Origin: Lachnospiraceae bacterium
GTDB taxonomy: Bacteria; Bacillota; Clostridia; Lachnospirales; Lachnospiraceae
Length of the DNA: 24,000 nt
Reading direction: 5' to 3'
Assembly: GCA_021203205.1 (NCBI GenBank)
Contig: JAJQBQ010000044.1
Span: 149,630 to 173,629 of the forward strand
Position numbers and translations under genes: made by a program. Below, one piece after another: positions 1 to 8,690 of the stretch. Within the stretch, counting starts at the first letter, position 1. Each line of letters opens with the position of its first letter. Below the pieces are notes generated by a model. That model worked only from the letters and a program-made list of their open reading frames with translations. It had not been told where the DNA came from and searched no databases.

Positions 1-483
1 CCGACAGTGCCGCTTCGCCTTTCCAGAGCAACGAATCTTTTTAAACTGTTTCTGGCGGATGTGGGATTATTGGCGGCCATGTATATGAATGACATTCAGT
101 TAAAGATATTGAACAGGGAAAAGGATATTAATTTTGGTTCTGTCTATGAAAATGCTGCCGCGCAGGAACTGAAAGCGCACGGTTTTGACTTGTATTATTT
201 CAACAGTAAAAAGCAGGGAGAGCTGGACTTTTTGGTAGAGCGGGGCGGAAATGTTTTGCCCATTGAAATTAAATCCGGCAAGGATTACAGGAAACACGCG
301 GCGCTGTCGAATATTCTGTCGAATGAAGCCTATGATATCCCGGAAGCATATGTTTTCCATAACGGGAACGTCAGTGCAGACGGAAAGATAGCCTATTATC
401 CGATTTATATGCTGATGTTTGTGGAAAAAGAGAAACCGTTGCAGGAGATGATATATCGAATTGATCTTGAGGTGCTGCAGTAA
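1..483 (+). CDS. C-terminal part of an AAA-type ATPase with a DUF4143-like tail; the 5' end lies outside the window
   Basis: The frame is open from the window edge, so the 'M' at 7 is an internal GTG. FLADVGLL and ELDFLVERGGNVLPIEIKSGKDY resemble the restriction-endonuclease-like DUF4143 tail of AAA_14 ATPases. Recognised from memory only. Confidence 0.6.
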   Translation, partial: PTVPLRLSRATNLFKLFLADVGLLAAMYMNDIQLKILNREKDINFGSVYENAAAQELKAHGFDLYYFNSKKQGELDFLVERGGNVLPIEIKSGKDYRKHAALSNILSNEAYDIPEAYVFHNGNVSADGKIAYYPIYMLMFVEKEKPLQEMIYRIDLEVLQ

Positions 484-545
484 GGGAGGAGGCTGTGCAG
501 GCCTGATTGTAGTCGCAAGTTTTAAAATCCGGCAGCTTTTCTTTA

Positions 546-602
546 CCGGTTTCTTTACCTTTATCTGATATGATAGAGACAGAAAGCGAAACCGGCTTTC
601 TT
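546..602 (+). terminator. Possible terminator or attenuator hairpin downstream of the ATPase gene
   Basis: An 8-bp stem pairs CCGGTTTC (546-553) with GAAACCGG (588-595). It is followed by CTTTCTT. The loop is large at 34 nt and the T-run is weak. Confidence 0.3.
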
Positions 603-738
603 AAAAGAAAGTCAGGGTTCCGGAAAATGGAATCTGCGAGGCGGAGGAGGGCGATGAAACCGGATCGCTTAAAGAGATGTCACATTACGTTTATCACACT
701 TTTCATCTGACTTTCGCAGTAAAGAGAGGAGGGCCTGT

Positions 739-2055
739 ATGCCGGAACAAAGAAAAATCCCAGGGAGAACCGCAAACATCCGCAGAAGCATCGCCACACT
801 GACGCTGGCACTGTTAGTCATCTACTGTGTGGACAATGTGGCACTGTCTTACCTTTCTGAAATCAACCGCACATTGGACGAAAGCGTGGAAACGCGGACC
901 ATGATGGTCTCCGTGTTCGCCGGCTATCGTCACAGCGGGGCGGAGGAGTACGCAGATTCCTATAAAGAGGGGGAAGAATATATGGAGGAATTCTATAAGG
1001 ACGAGAAGCCGGAAGAGTTCCTCGCCTGGCTGGATGCCAGCCCGGATTTATATTCTTATGTGGAACGGGAAGTTGTGGCGATGAAAGCGGAGGATCCTGA
1101 CCTGGGCTGGCTCACAGCAGGAAGTTATGACCAGGCAGCCATGGAGCCGTATCTGCTCACGGAAGGGTGCGGGGTTCTAAGCGGAAATGAGGCACTCATC
1201 GCAAAATATATTACATCGGACGGCCTGGGCAATTATTTTCCGACACTGGAGCAGAATGAGGTGTTTGACGGTGGGCAACTGGTCGGACAGACCATTTCCG
1301 TTACTTACCGGCGCACAGGATACGACGGAAATGTGAAGGAGGATGTCACCTGCGAGATAAAAATCGTGGGCTGCTATGACAATGTGGCCGCCGGGCTGGC
1401 AAACTATGATATTTTAATGGCGGCGGACGAGTTAAAGAGCCTCACGTATATGGATGAGAGCGAGGATCTTTATGACGGGGAGGGAAATGTTATCCCCTGG
1501 GATTATATAGATGAGCTCCAGTACAATGTGGTGCTGAAGGACTACAGCATGTTTGTTTCGTTCCGCGATTATGTGGAAGAAGAATTTGACCTGCATCCGG
1601 TATGTATCACGTCAATTTCGTCCGCCGACAGCTGGATACTGACCGGGATATCCTTTGTGGTCAATCTGATCATGATCACCCTGGCGGTTAACTCCACGCT
1701 GTCGCTGATCTACGCCATCGAGCGCGACATCCGCATGCGCCGCCGGGAATTCATGCTGCTGAAAGCCATGGGGTACCGCGACGGGGATGTAAACCAGATC
1801 CTGTTCCGGGAGACCATCGGCATGATCGGCTGTGCGTTGGGGATCACGATGCTGGCGGGCAATCTGTTTCTGGCGGCGGTGCACGTTATTTTGCCTTCTT
1901 TCCTGGGTATCTATTTTGAACATATCAGCATCGTCCCGCAGGCGGGTGTCGTACTGCTGACGCTTGCGATCGGGTTCGGAGCACCGCTTGTCGGTTATCT
2001 GGCCGGGGTGAAGGGGTTAAAGAAACTGGAATCTGTGCGGATGGTGTCAGAGTGA
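739..2055 (+). CDS. FtsX/MacB-type ABC transporter permease (N-terminal TM, large extracytoplasmic domain, three C-terminal TMs)
   Basis: The RBS GAGGAGGG lies 5 nt upstream of the ATG. The C-terminal block RREFMLLKAMGYRDGDVNQILFRETIGMIGCALGITMLAG is an FtsX-domain signature. There is one N-terminal TM (IATLTLALLVIYCV). Confidence 0.8.
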   Translation: MPEQRKIPGRTANIRRSIATLTLALLVIYCVDNVALSYLSEINRTLDESVETRTMMVSVFAGYRHSGAEEYADSYKEGEEYMEEFYKDEKPEEFLAWLDASPDLYSYVEREVVAMKAEDPDLGWLTAGSYDQAAMEPYLLTEGCGVLSGNEALIAKYITSDGLGNYFPTLEQNEVFDGGQLVGQTISVTYRRTGYDGNVKEDVTCEIKIVGCYDNVAAGLANYDILMAADELKSLTYMDESEDLYDGEGNVIPWDYIDELQYNVVLKDYSMFVSFRDYVEEEFDLHPVCITSISSADSWILTGISFVVNLIMITLAVNSTLSLIYAIERDIRMRRREFMLLKAMGYRDGDVNQILFRETIGMIGCALGITMLAGNLFLAAVHVILPSFLGIYFEHISIVPQAGVVLLTLAIGFGAPLVGYLAGVKGLKKLESVRMVSE

Positions 2056-2639
2056 GAATGGGGGTTAAAATGGTTGCAATTTCCGAAAAACATATTTGCT
2101 CTGCCAGGTATCTCTGGCAGCTGTTTGTCTACACGGTAAACATGTTTCTTTTGCTTTTTACCGTTGCGCTTCTCAGATGCTCGTATCTTTTGCGCCCGAT
2201 TGAGAGACAGGATTATCTGATCAAGCTTTTGACGGAGGATTATACCCTCAGTATGGGTTCGCCGAAGTACGCTTATCAGGCGGGGGCCTGCTTCCTACTG
2301 CTTGCCGTGTTTATCTTTTTGCCGCTCATGCGCTATGTGGGGTATGATCTGGAAAATCGGGCGGGAACCAGGCGGCTGCTGTTCTCTCTGGGGTACCGCA
2401 GGCTGGCGGCAGTGCGTTACGAGACGGCATACTTTGTATTTGACTTTGCGCTTGCCTGGCTGGCGGGGGCGACTCTGCTGGAAATCTGCTGGCTTATGCT
2501 CCGCAATACCGCAGTGGCGCAGGCATTTCTGGCCGCGATGGAAACGAATCTTTTCCTCTCGCCGGGGGTGTTCCTGCTGACGGGGGCGGCCACGGGGGCA
2601 GCGGTGTTTTTGCAGGTGTTCTTAAGGATAGAACATTAA
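2052..2639 (+). CDS. Small polytopic membrane protein, FtsX-like permease fragment or partner
   Basis: The GTG start overlaps the upstream stop (GTGA at 2052-2055); alternative ATG starts lie at 2058 and 2070. Four or five hydrophobic segments are present. RRLLFSLGYRRLAAVRYETAYFVFDFALAWLAG echoes the FtsX motif of the upstream gene. Confidence 0.55.
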   Translation: MRMGVKMVAISEKHICSARYLWQLFVYTVNMFLLLFTVALLRCSYLLRPIERQDYLIKLLTEDYTLSMGSPKYAYQAGACFLLLAVFIFLPLMRYVGYDLENRAGTRRLLFSLGYRRLAAVRYETAYFVFDFALAWLAGATLLEICWLMLRNTAVAQAFLAAMETNLFLSPGVFLLTGAATGAAVFLQVFLRIEH

Positions 2640-2753
2640 AAGTAACAATCGGGATATGAAAAAGACGTTCGACACATGAATTAAAAATTGGTGTAGAGGA
2701 TGTGAATGCCGCAGATTTTTGCGCAAAGACCATCGGAAAGGAAGGAAAATGGG

Positions 2754-3749
2754 ATGGAAAAGAACAGCAAAAAACGGTCGGAAAAGTTATTTGGGAGAAA
2801 GTATACCCGGCAAAGAAAGCTTTCTGTGGCACTTTGCACCGCGCTGGCGGTCATCTTTGTCTCACTGTTTTTTCTGGTGGGACCGGGGGCAAGGCTGGTG
2901 CACTATCTCACACATCCGGATGCAGAACCATCTGACAGCTTGGAAGATTGCCGTATAAATCCGGATAATGCGATCGGTAAACTGATCACACAGGTATATC
3001 GGTGGGATATTGAGTCGGCATATGATGAATCGGTTATTTTTGACGACAGTACCACAAAGAGCGTGAGTTATACGACGGAAGAGAAGAATTACGGTTCCAT
3101 AACATATCAGGGTGTCACTTATACGATGGCAAATGAGATCGTGGAAGAAGGAGATATGAGCTTCACGCTGGAGCTGGAGGAGAAAGTCGCCGACTTTACC
3201 GGCGCGGGAAGCGATCTCCGCGAGGCGGAAGAGGGCGATGCCTTCAAGCTGTCGCTTTACCGGATAAAGAACACGGATGAGAAATTTGCCCTCATAGGCT
3301 ATCTCGCAGGCAGCGACACGCCGTATTTGTACGACAATGAAGATTTCGGGGTATGGGGCGACGGGGTTACGTTAGCCGATTACCTGGAAGCAGCCGGGAT
3401 CCGGGATGTCGAATTGAGATTGACAACCAAATGGAGGTCCAACATGTGGTACCCGGATTTTAAGATGGAATATCTGACGGAGAACATTGTGCCGGCGGCG
3501 GTGCAGATCGCGGAAGACGATGAAATTATGGAGGGAGCCTGCAAGACCGGGCTGGCAATTACCATGCGAACCTGTGGCGGAGAGAGGATGCAGATAAACT
3601 TCTGGGATAATGGATGTATTTCCATACAGTATATGGCTTCGGACTATGACACGGGACACCTGTACTATGACCTGAACGATCCGGAACTTAGCTATGGAAC
3701 GGAACTGATCCGCTATATGAGAGAAAACGGGTACGAACTTATGTATTGA
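2754..3749 (+). CDS. Membrane-anchored extracytoplasmic protein of unknown function
   Basis: I prefer the ATG at 2754 (MEKNSKK...), preceded by GGAAAGGAAGG, over the ORF-track start at 2706. It has a basic N-terminus followed by a single TM (LSVALCTALAVIFVSLFFLVG). I recognise no family. Confidence 0.7.
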   Translation: MEKNSKKRSEKLFGRKYTRQRKLSVALCTALAVIFVSLFFLVGPGARLVHYLTHPDAEPSDSLEDCRINPDNAIGKLITQVYRWDIESAYDESVIFDDSTTKSVSYTTEEKNYGSITYQGVTYTMANEIVEEGDMSFTLELEEKVADFTGAGSDLREAEEGDAFKLSLYRIKNTDEKFALIGYLAGSDTPYLYDNEDFGVWGDGVTLADYLEAAGIRDVELRLTTKWRSNMWYPDFKMEYLTENIVPAAVQIAEDDEIMEGACKTGLAITMRTCGGERMQINFWDNGCISIQYMASDYDTGHLYYDLNDPELSYGTELIRYMRENGYELMY

Positions 3750-3871
3750 GGATAGTTGGACAGAAAACGATTGCAGATAGATACATGGAAATCCCTGATT
3801 TTCACCGGATATAGGTCGCGTACGGCTCATGTTCAGATGCAAAGCTATTGGATAAAAGGATGATTTATTAC

Positions 3872-3922
3872 TTGACAAAAACCTCCTACAGCTGTAGTAT
3901 ATATAACTACAACTGTAGGAGG
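3872..3922 (+). promoter_or_regulatory. Sigma-A-type promoter overlapped by a double TACAnnTGTA (BlaI/CopY-type) operator palindrome
   Basis: TTGACA (3872-3877) is followed by a 17-bp spacer and TAGTAT (3895-3900). Arms CCTCCTACAGCTGTAGT (3882-3898) and ACTACAACTGTAGGAGG (3906-3922) match as inverted repeats at 16/17 positions. The boxes are TACAGCTGTA (3887-3896) and TACAACTGTA (3908-3917). Confidence 0.7.
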
Positions 3923-3930
3923 TTTTGCAC

Positions 3931-4290
3931 ATGAAATTGACAGAAGCCGAATGGTCTGTGATGGAGGTTTTGTGGTCCGGGGTGCGCTTTTCCCTGGGAG
4001 AGGTTACGGAGTCGCTAAAGTCTGTGAACGGATGGAGCAGGAATACGGTCTCTACGTATCTTTTGCGCATGCAAAAGAAGGGGCTGGTGCGGGTGGAACG
4101 CGAGTACCGCCAGCCATATTCTGCCGCGGTGACCCGTGAAGCCTGTGAGCGGAGCGAGCGGGAGGAGTTGCTGCAGAAGGTTTATGGCGGAGCCGTGGGG
4201 AATCTCGTGGCGGCGTTTTTAAAGGAAACCACCATATCCCACGAGGAAAAGGAGCGGCTGAAGAAATTATTGGATGAGATGGAAGTGTAG
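3931..4290 (+). CDS. BlaI/MecI/CopY-family winged-helix transcriptional repressor
   Basis: MKLTEAEWSVMEVLWSG...FSLGEVTESL...GWSRNTVSTYLLRMQKKGLVRVERE is the classic family N-terminus. The RBS GGAGG (3918-3922) lies 8 nt upstream of the ATG at 3931; the track start at 3925 is a TTG. Confidence 0.85.
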   Translation: MKLTEAEWSVMEVLWSGVRFSLGEVTESLKSVNGWSRNTVSTYLLRMQKKGLVRVEREYRQPYSAAVTREACERSEREELLQKVYGGAVGNLVAAFLKETTISHEEKERLKKLLDEMEV

Positions 4291-4558
4291 CAATGATACT
4301 GATGTCGAAAACCATGACACCACGACGCCATGAATTCGGAAGCAAGATTCCGACCATTGAAGTAAACGCTTTATGTTGACTTTGACTTTTGCCCCTGGTG
4401 TCCTGATTCGCCAGACTTGAGATTTTTGCAGCGATAAACATTGAATTAAAAACGGGCAGATAGTTCAGTAGTCTTTTATTTGATGAATGCGGAAAAAGCA
4501 TGGTGAAAAATTTAGTCGCTGCATGGTTTTAGTACAGTGACTGGGGAGGAGATTTTGA

Positions 4559-6247
4559 ATGATAAATTATGGGAATATATGGGGTTTCCTGCTTCAGACC
4601 TGCGCGGTTTCGATCGCCGCGGCATTTCTGCTGATCCTAAAGCACCTGTTCGCAAAGACACTTTCGCCCCGGTGGCAGTATGCGGTCTGGGGGCTTCTGG
4701 CGCTGCGCATATTGCTGCCGGTGAGCATTTCCAGATATGTCCTGATTCCGATCTCTGTTTTTCTGGAGACAATCAAGGGCATCGTGGAGAGGGCGCTGGA
4801 TTCCGCTTACGCGGGGGAGTTTTGGCCAATTTCGGTGAAGTTTGGAATTTCGGTTCCGGCGGGGCCCCCGCAGAGCATCACGGACTGGCTGTTTCTCATC
4901 TGGCTGATCGGCATGCTGGTGTGCCTGCTGCGTCTGGTGTTGGCATGGATGTCGCTTCACGTTCTGGTGCGCGGAGGGCATCCGGTGACGGCGGAAACGC
5001 AGAGCGTGATCAACGGAGTGAGCGAAAAATATCATCTGAAAAGCTGCAGGGCGATCACGGTGCCCGGCCTCACATCTGCGTTTCTGTGCGGAGTTTTGCA
5101 CCCGATCCTGGTCCTGCCGGAAGGGACAGACGTGGATGAGAAGGTCATCCTCCATGAACTGATGCACCGAAATCATCTGGATGTGCTGCAGAACTGGGGC
5201 TGGAATGTGCTGCGTGCGGTTCACTGGTGCAATCCGTTTTTGCAATATGTATTTCACCGCATCGGCAATGATATGGAAGCGCTGTGCGACCAGAGGGTGC
5301 TGGAATGCCTGGAAGGCGAGGAGCGGCGGGAATACGGCCGGGCGCTGTTAGCCATGGCAAATGAGCGGTACGCCCACACGCCGGGCACCACATCCTGGGG
5401 AAACGGCGGGAAGAATATCGCCCGGAGGATCGGCAGCATCGCGCATTTTAAGAAATATCCGGCAGGGATGGCGCTGGTTTCGGTGTGCATCTTTCTGGTA
5501 CTGCTCTGCCCGATTGCCTTTGGCACGACACTTTCGTTCAAAACGGCAAAATACTATTATCCGGAGAATACGGGGCTGGCGTTGGAGCGCTCGCTGGCGG
5601 TGGCGAGGCTTGACCGCTGCGATACCGTGGAAGAGGCGCTGGAGACCTATGCCACGGGGCTTCTGAAACAAAACGGGATTTACATCGCCGTCGCCTCGCC
5701 GCTTTCGGCGCAGGAGGAGCTGGCAGAGCGCATGCGTGATAACGCGGTGGATGAAGACTGGTTGGATGATATGGCAGAGGAATATTTGCCGGACAGTTCG
5801 ACGGAAACTTCGTCGGATGAGTCGAGGGGAACTTTATCGGGCATCGTGATGGTGGCGCAGGACGATGAAGACGATGAGGCGGAAGAGTATTCTTCCTGGA
5901 ATTATAACACGCAGGAGGTGCGGGAAGCCTATTATCTCGATGCAGGGGAAGAGCTGAGATATGTCGAGCACTTTGACGATATGACATATGTCGTAGATGA
6001 CCTGACGGCGGTCTCTGATACCGTCTGGGAGGCAGTGCTGCAGTTCACCTCCTGGCGCTTTTATGATGAAGAAGGAAACAGACTGATGGATGAGGATGGA
6101 GTACCGCTGGAAGGCTATGTTCGGATCCCGGTGACGATAACGCGGGAAGAAAATGCCTGGGTCGTGGAAGAGAGCGGGGAGAGGGAAGTCATCTACTGCG
6201 AGCTCTCGGGGGTTAATGGCTATTGGTGGTTTTCGTTTGTGCAGTGA
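4559..6247 (+). CDS. M56-family (BlaR1/MecR1-like) membrane metalloprotease signal transducer with a non-PBP C-terminal domain
   Basis: The RBS GGAGGAG is at 4545-4551. The N-terminal TM region is typical of BlaR1. The HEXXH motif HELMH is at nt 5153-5167. A late TM (MALVSVCIFLVLLCPIAFG) is followed by about 240 aa, including an acidic run, with no SxxK motif. Confidence 0.8.
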   Translation: MINYGNIWGFLLQTCAVSIAAAFLLILKHLFAKTLSPRWQYAVWGLLALRILLPVSISRYVLIPISVFLETIKGIVERALDSAYAGEFWPISVKFGISVPAGPPQSITDWLFLIWLIGMLVCLLRLVLAWMSLHVLVRGGHPVTAETQSVINGVSEKYHLKSCRAITVPGLTSAFLCGVLHPILVLPEGTDVDEKVILHELMHRNHLDVLQNWGWNVLRAVHWCNPFLQYVFHRIGNDMEALCDQRVLECLEGEERREYGRALLAMANERYAHTPGTTSWGNGGKNIARRIGSIAHFKKYPAGMALVSVCIFLVLLCPIAFGTTLSFKTAKYYYPENTGLALERSLAVARLDRCDTVEEALETYATGLLKQNGIYIAVASPLSAQEELAERMRDNAVDEDWLDDMAEEYLPDSSTETSSDESRGTLSGIVMVAQDDEDDEAEEYSSWNYNTQEVREAYYLDAGEELRYVEHFDDMTYVVDDLTAVSDTVWEAVLQFTSWRFYDEEGNRLMDEDGVPLEGYVRIPVTITREENAWVVEESGEREVIYCELSGVNGYWWFSFVQ

Positions 6248-6517
6248 AGCGCGCTGTGACATCGGGGGCAAAAGCCGAAGGTAAGACGTAAGCAGTTGAG
6301 CTCCGCTGCGCGGAACTTAAACGACATTTTGCGACATAAAAGCCGTTCACTTCAATGATCGGGAATCTGCATCCTGAATTCAGAAGTAGATGTTTCACAT
6401 TGTCTCAGGGTATAAAGAGTGCATAGCGAGAAGAAATTCGAGGTGTCGATATTAAGATGTATAAGAAGACGGAAGAATGATATGGCCGAAGGTATGCGGG
6501 AAAATGGGAGGGATGAC

Positions 6518-7255
6518 ATGAATGATAATATATTGGGTGGCTGGAGCCAGGACATGACGGATGATCCGGTTCAGTACAGGGAAAGTGACAGTGACGTGGC
6601 CGAAGAGCGCAGGAGAGCCGAACGCACAGCCGCGCAGATGCGAAAGCTTGGACATGCGATCACATATATCCTGTGGGGATATGTTCTGTTGCATCTTGAC
6701 TTCAACGTGGAAACCATATGGGATTATAATTACGTGACCGGAGAGACAGTTGGCGGAGCCTTAAACCTGCTGCCGGACTGGGTTGGATATCTTCTGATCC
6801 TTAAGGCGCTGCCGGCCATCGGGGAAGAAGAGCCGTCCGCTACGCTGCTGGCCTCGCTGGCAAAGGTGCTGGCGGCGATCGCCGGTATTCTCTGGGTGAC
6901 CTCTATCTTTACCGATTCACCGTATCTTCTTGTGTTGGAGCTGACAGAACTCGCAGTGAATATGTATTTTATCTATCAGCTGTTCACGAATCTGGCGGCG
7001 ATCGCCGGGAAGTACGGTTATCCGGGGCAGAAAAAGCTTTTAACACTGAGAACCGTAAATACGGTGATGGGCGCGGCGCTGTATATCGCGGGGCAGTTGT
7101 CAACACTCTGGCAGCTGGAAGTGGAGATATACGGCCTTGCCGGCATAATTGTAGTCGCAAGTCTTCTGTTCCTTCTGGCAGTGGGCGTGTGGACAGGTGT
7201 GGTACTGTGGTCGCTGAAAAAGTATCTGGACAGAGGGAGGGCACAGAATTCATAA
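6518..7255 (+). CDS. Polytopic membrane protein of unknown function
   Basis: I prefer the ATG at 6518, which has GGGAGGG (6506-6512) 5 nt upstream; the ORF track starts at a GTG at 6419. After an acidic N-terminus there are five or six hydrophobic segments. Confidence 0.65.
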   Translation: MNDNILGGWSQDMTDDPVQYRESDSDVAEERRRAERTAAQMRKLGHAITYILWGYVLLHLDFNVETIWDYNYVTGETVGGALNLLPDWVGYLLILKALPAIGEEEPSATLLASLAKVLAAIAGILWVTSIFTDSPYLLVLELTELAVNMYFIYQLFTNLAAIAGKYGYPGQKKLLTLRTVNTVMGAALYIAGQLSTLWQLEVEIYGLAGIIVVASLLFLLAVGVWTGVVLWSLKKYLDRGRAQNS

Positions 7256-7392
7256 AAATGCATTTACGCACGGAAAAAGATCATTAACGCAGAAATAGTA
7301 AAATGGCACCATCACATGAAGCATCGAATGAATTTGTGAGATGGTGAGAGAATTGGAGAAAAAACTGACTGCGGGGTCAGGACAACGGAAAA

Positions 7393-7421
7393 GCAGCGAT
7401 GTCATCTTTGGACATCGCTGC
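7393..7421 (-). terminator. Rho-independent terminator of the MNT/HEPN operon, possibly bidirectional
   Basis: A perfect 11-bp stem pairs GCAGCGATGTC (7393-7403) with GACATCGCTGC (7411-7421), with a 7-nt loop. On the minus strand it is followed by GCTTTTCC. It starts 21 nt after the HEPN stop. Confidence 0.65.
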
Positions 7422-7441
7422 GCTATATTACTCATATTTTA

Positions 7442-7993
7442 TTATTGTGTTTTCTTTGAATCCGGAATCCTTTTTTCCAGGAGTTCAGCCGAAAAGTGCG
7501 CTGCGCAATAGTCTGATAAACTCCGTGGCAATTGCCTGAAACCATCACCATAGGATGAAATCGCCTTCAGTAAATCGTTATTCAATCTGGCAGAATTCAG
7601 ATAGTCATGAACAATGGAATTCCGATTCTTAAAGAATTCAACAGCTTTTTCCTCGTCCCTGTTTTCGGCAATTTTGCGCATTTCGTATTGCCTGATATGA
7701 TAGGAAAGCGTTTCCTCATAAGTTCCTCTTCCTGGTTCATTGATCTCAATAAAAATCATCACATCGCAGAATGCCTGAACAATATGGTTCAGTCGACTGG
7801 TAATTGCACTCAGAATCGTGTCCTGTAACCTTTCATCTTCGCACCTGCAATATCTTTCGTATTCCTCTATCATCCGGTCTGCCTGATCCTGCATATGCAG
7901 CAGGCTGTTCGATACAGACCTCTCCACTTCGTCGAATGTTTTAGGCGCGGCTGCTCCGACATTTTCCCATATTTCATTCGGTATATTAATCAT
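7442..7993 (-). CDS. hepT: HEPN-domain (DUF86/HepT-like) RNase toxin
   Basis: RNSIVHDY is the R-x4-H-x-Y HEPN/DUF86 motif. I prefer the ATG at 7993, which forms an ATGA overlap with the upstream MNT stop (7990-7993). The track start at 8053 would overlap MNT by 64 nt. Confidence 0.75.
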   Translation of the reverse strand: MINIPNEIWENVGAAAPKTFDEVERSVSNSLLHMQDQADRMIEEYERYCRCEDERLQDTILSAITSRLNHIVQAFCDVMIFIEINEPGRGTYEETLSYHIRQYEMRKIAENRDEEKAVEFFKNRNSIVHDYLNSARLNNDLLKAISSYGDGFRQLPRSLSDYCAAHFSAELLEKRIPDSKKTQ

Positions 7994-8478
7994 ACCTGCG
8001 CTACCTCCCCGGCTGTCATCCCCTGCCTGCTTTTGAGCAGTAAATTTTTCCATCTGAAGTATTTTTTCTTTTGCTTCTGTTCCTCCCGGTATTCAGGCAA
8101 TCCATGCAAAATAACGTACAGGTCCGCCTTAAGCTGCTCCGGATAATAATCTGTCATTCGAACAGAGCTTAAAATTGCATATGGAAATATAAATGCCCGC
8201 TCAATAAAACGATACTCAATAACATCTGCCGGGAGATTCATATTGCGGAAATAATCTTCACAAAATAAGTATATTTGCCATTGTTTTTCACGATTCTGGC
8301 AATACACAATCATATCAATATCGCTTCTCCCGTCCTCGAAGTCTGAGCGGATAAAGCTGCCGTATACAAATACATTGTAGTCCGCTTCGCCGAATTTTTG
8401 AATCAGAGCCTTTTGAAATTCGACTAAAACTTTTCTTCGGTCGGACCATTCTGTGAAAGAACCGGTTTCATAATTCAT
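7990..8478 (-). CDS. mntA: Minimal nucleotidyltransferase (MNT/MntA-like) antitoxin
   Basis: VFVYGSFIRSDFEDGRSDIDMIVY carries the GS-x10-D-x-D nucleotidyltransferase motif. The RBS GAGGTGAT lies upstream. The gene is translationally coupled to the HEPN gene. Confidence 0.75.
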   Translation of the reverse strand: MNYETGSFTEWSDRRKVLVEFQKALIQKFGEADYNVFVYGSFIRSDFEDGRSDIDMIVYCQNREKQWQIYLFCEDYFRNMNLPADVIEYRFIERAFIFPYAILSSVRMTDYYPEQLKADLYVILHGLPEYREEQKQKKKYFRWKNLLLKSRQGMTAGEVAQV

Positions 8479-8661
8479 ATTTTAATTATCACCTCAATCC
8501 TGTAAAAGTGTTTGCCTGTAATTATAAATGATTCAGCTTGTAAAATCAACTGTTCATTTGTCTTTGTGTCTATTCACGGTTTAGACAGTAAGATTACTTA
8601 AGGCTGACCGCGGATAACGGAAAAGGACGATAAATAATTATCGAATTACAATAAATTTATA

Positions 8662-8690
8662 TTGACATTCGAATGGCCGTGTGCTAATAT
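8662..8690 (+). promoter_or_regulatory. Strong sigma-A-type promoter with an extended -10
   Basis: TTGACA (8662-8667) is followed by a 17-bp spacer and TGcTAATAT (8682-8690). It lies about 170 nt upstream of the DUF2975 start. Confidence 0.6.

Noticed and set aside
506-520. The 15-mer ATTGTAGTCGCAAGT occurs both at 506-520 (intergenic) and at 7148-7162 (inside the 6518-7255 CDS).
   Set aside because: The expected number of chance 15-mer matches in a 24-kb window is about 0.3. The flanks do not extend the match, and one copy is in a coding region. I treat it as coincidence.
4293-4379. 28-codon mini-ORFs in intergenic gaps: 4293-4379 after the BlaI-family gene, and 8703-8789 in the DUF2975 leader.
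   Set aside because: They have no Shine-Dalgarno sequence and no recognisable peptide features. I cannot support them from sequence alone.
3372-4501. Minus-strand ORFs of 232 aa (3372-4070) and 149 aa (4052-4501).
   Set aside because: They are antisense to the well-supported 2754-3749 and BlaI-family genes. They have no RBS and no recognisable motifs.
4537-5987. Long alternative-frame and antisense ORFs inside the M56 gene: 4537-5139 (+), 4637-5257 (-), 5348-5671 (-), 5361-5666 (+) and 5538-5987 (-).
   Set aside because: They lie wholly within a GC-rich gene whose own frame carries recognisable BlaR1/M56 motifs. Their products are Arg/Pro/Ala-rich low-complexity sequences typical of shadow ORFs. 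None has an RBS.
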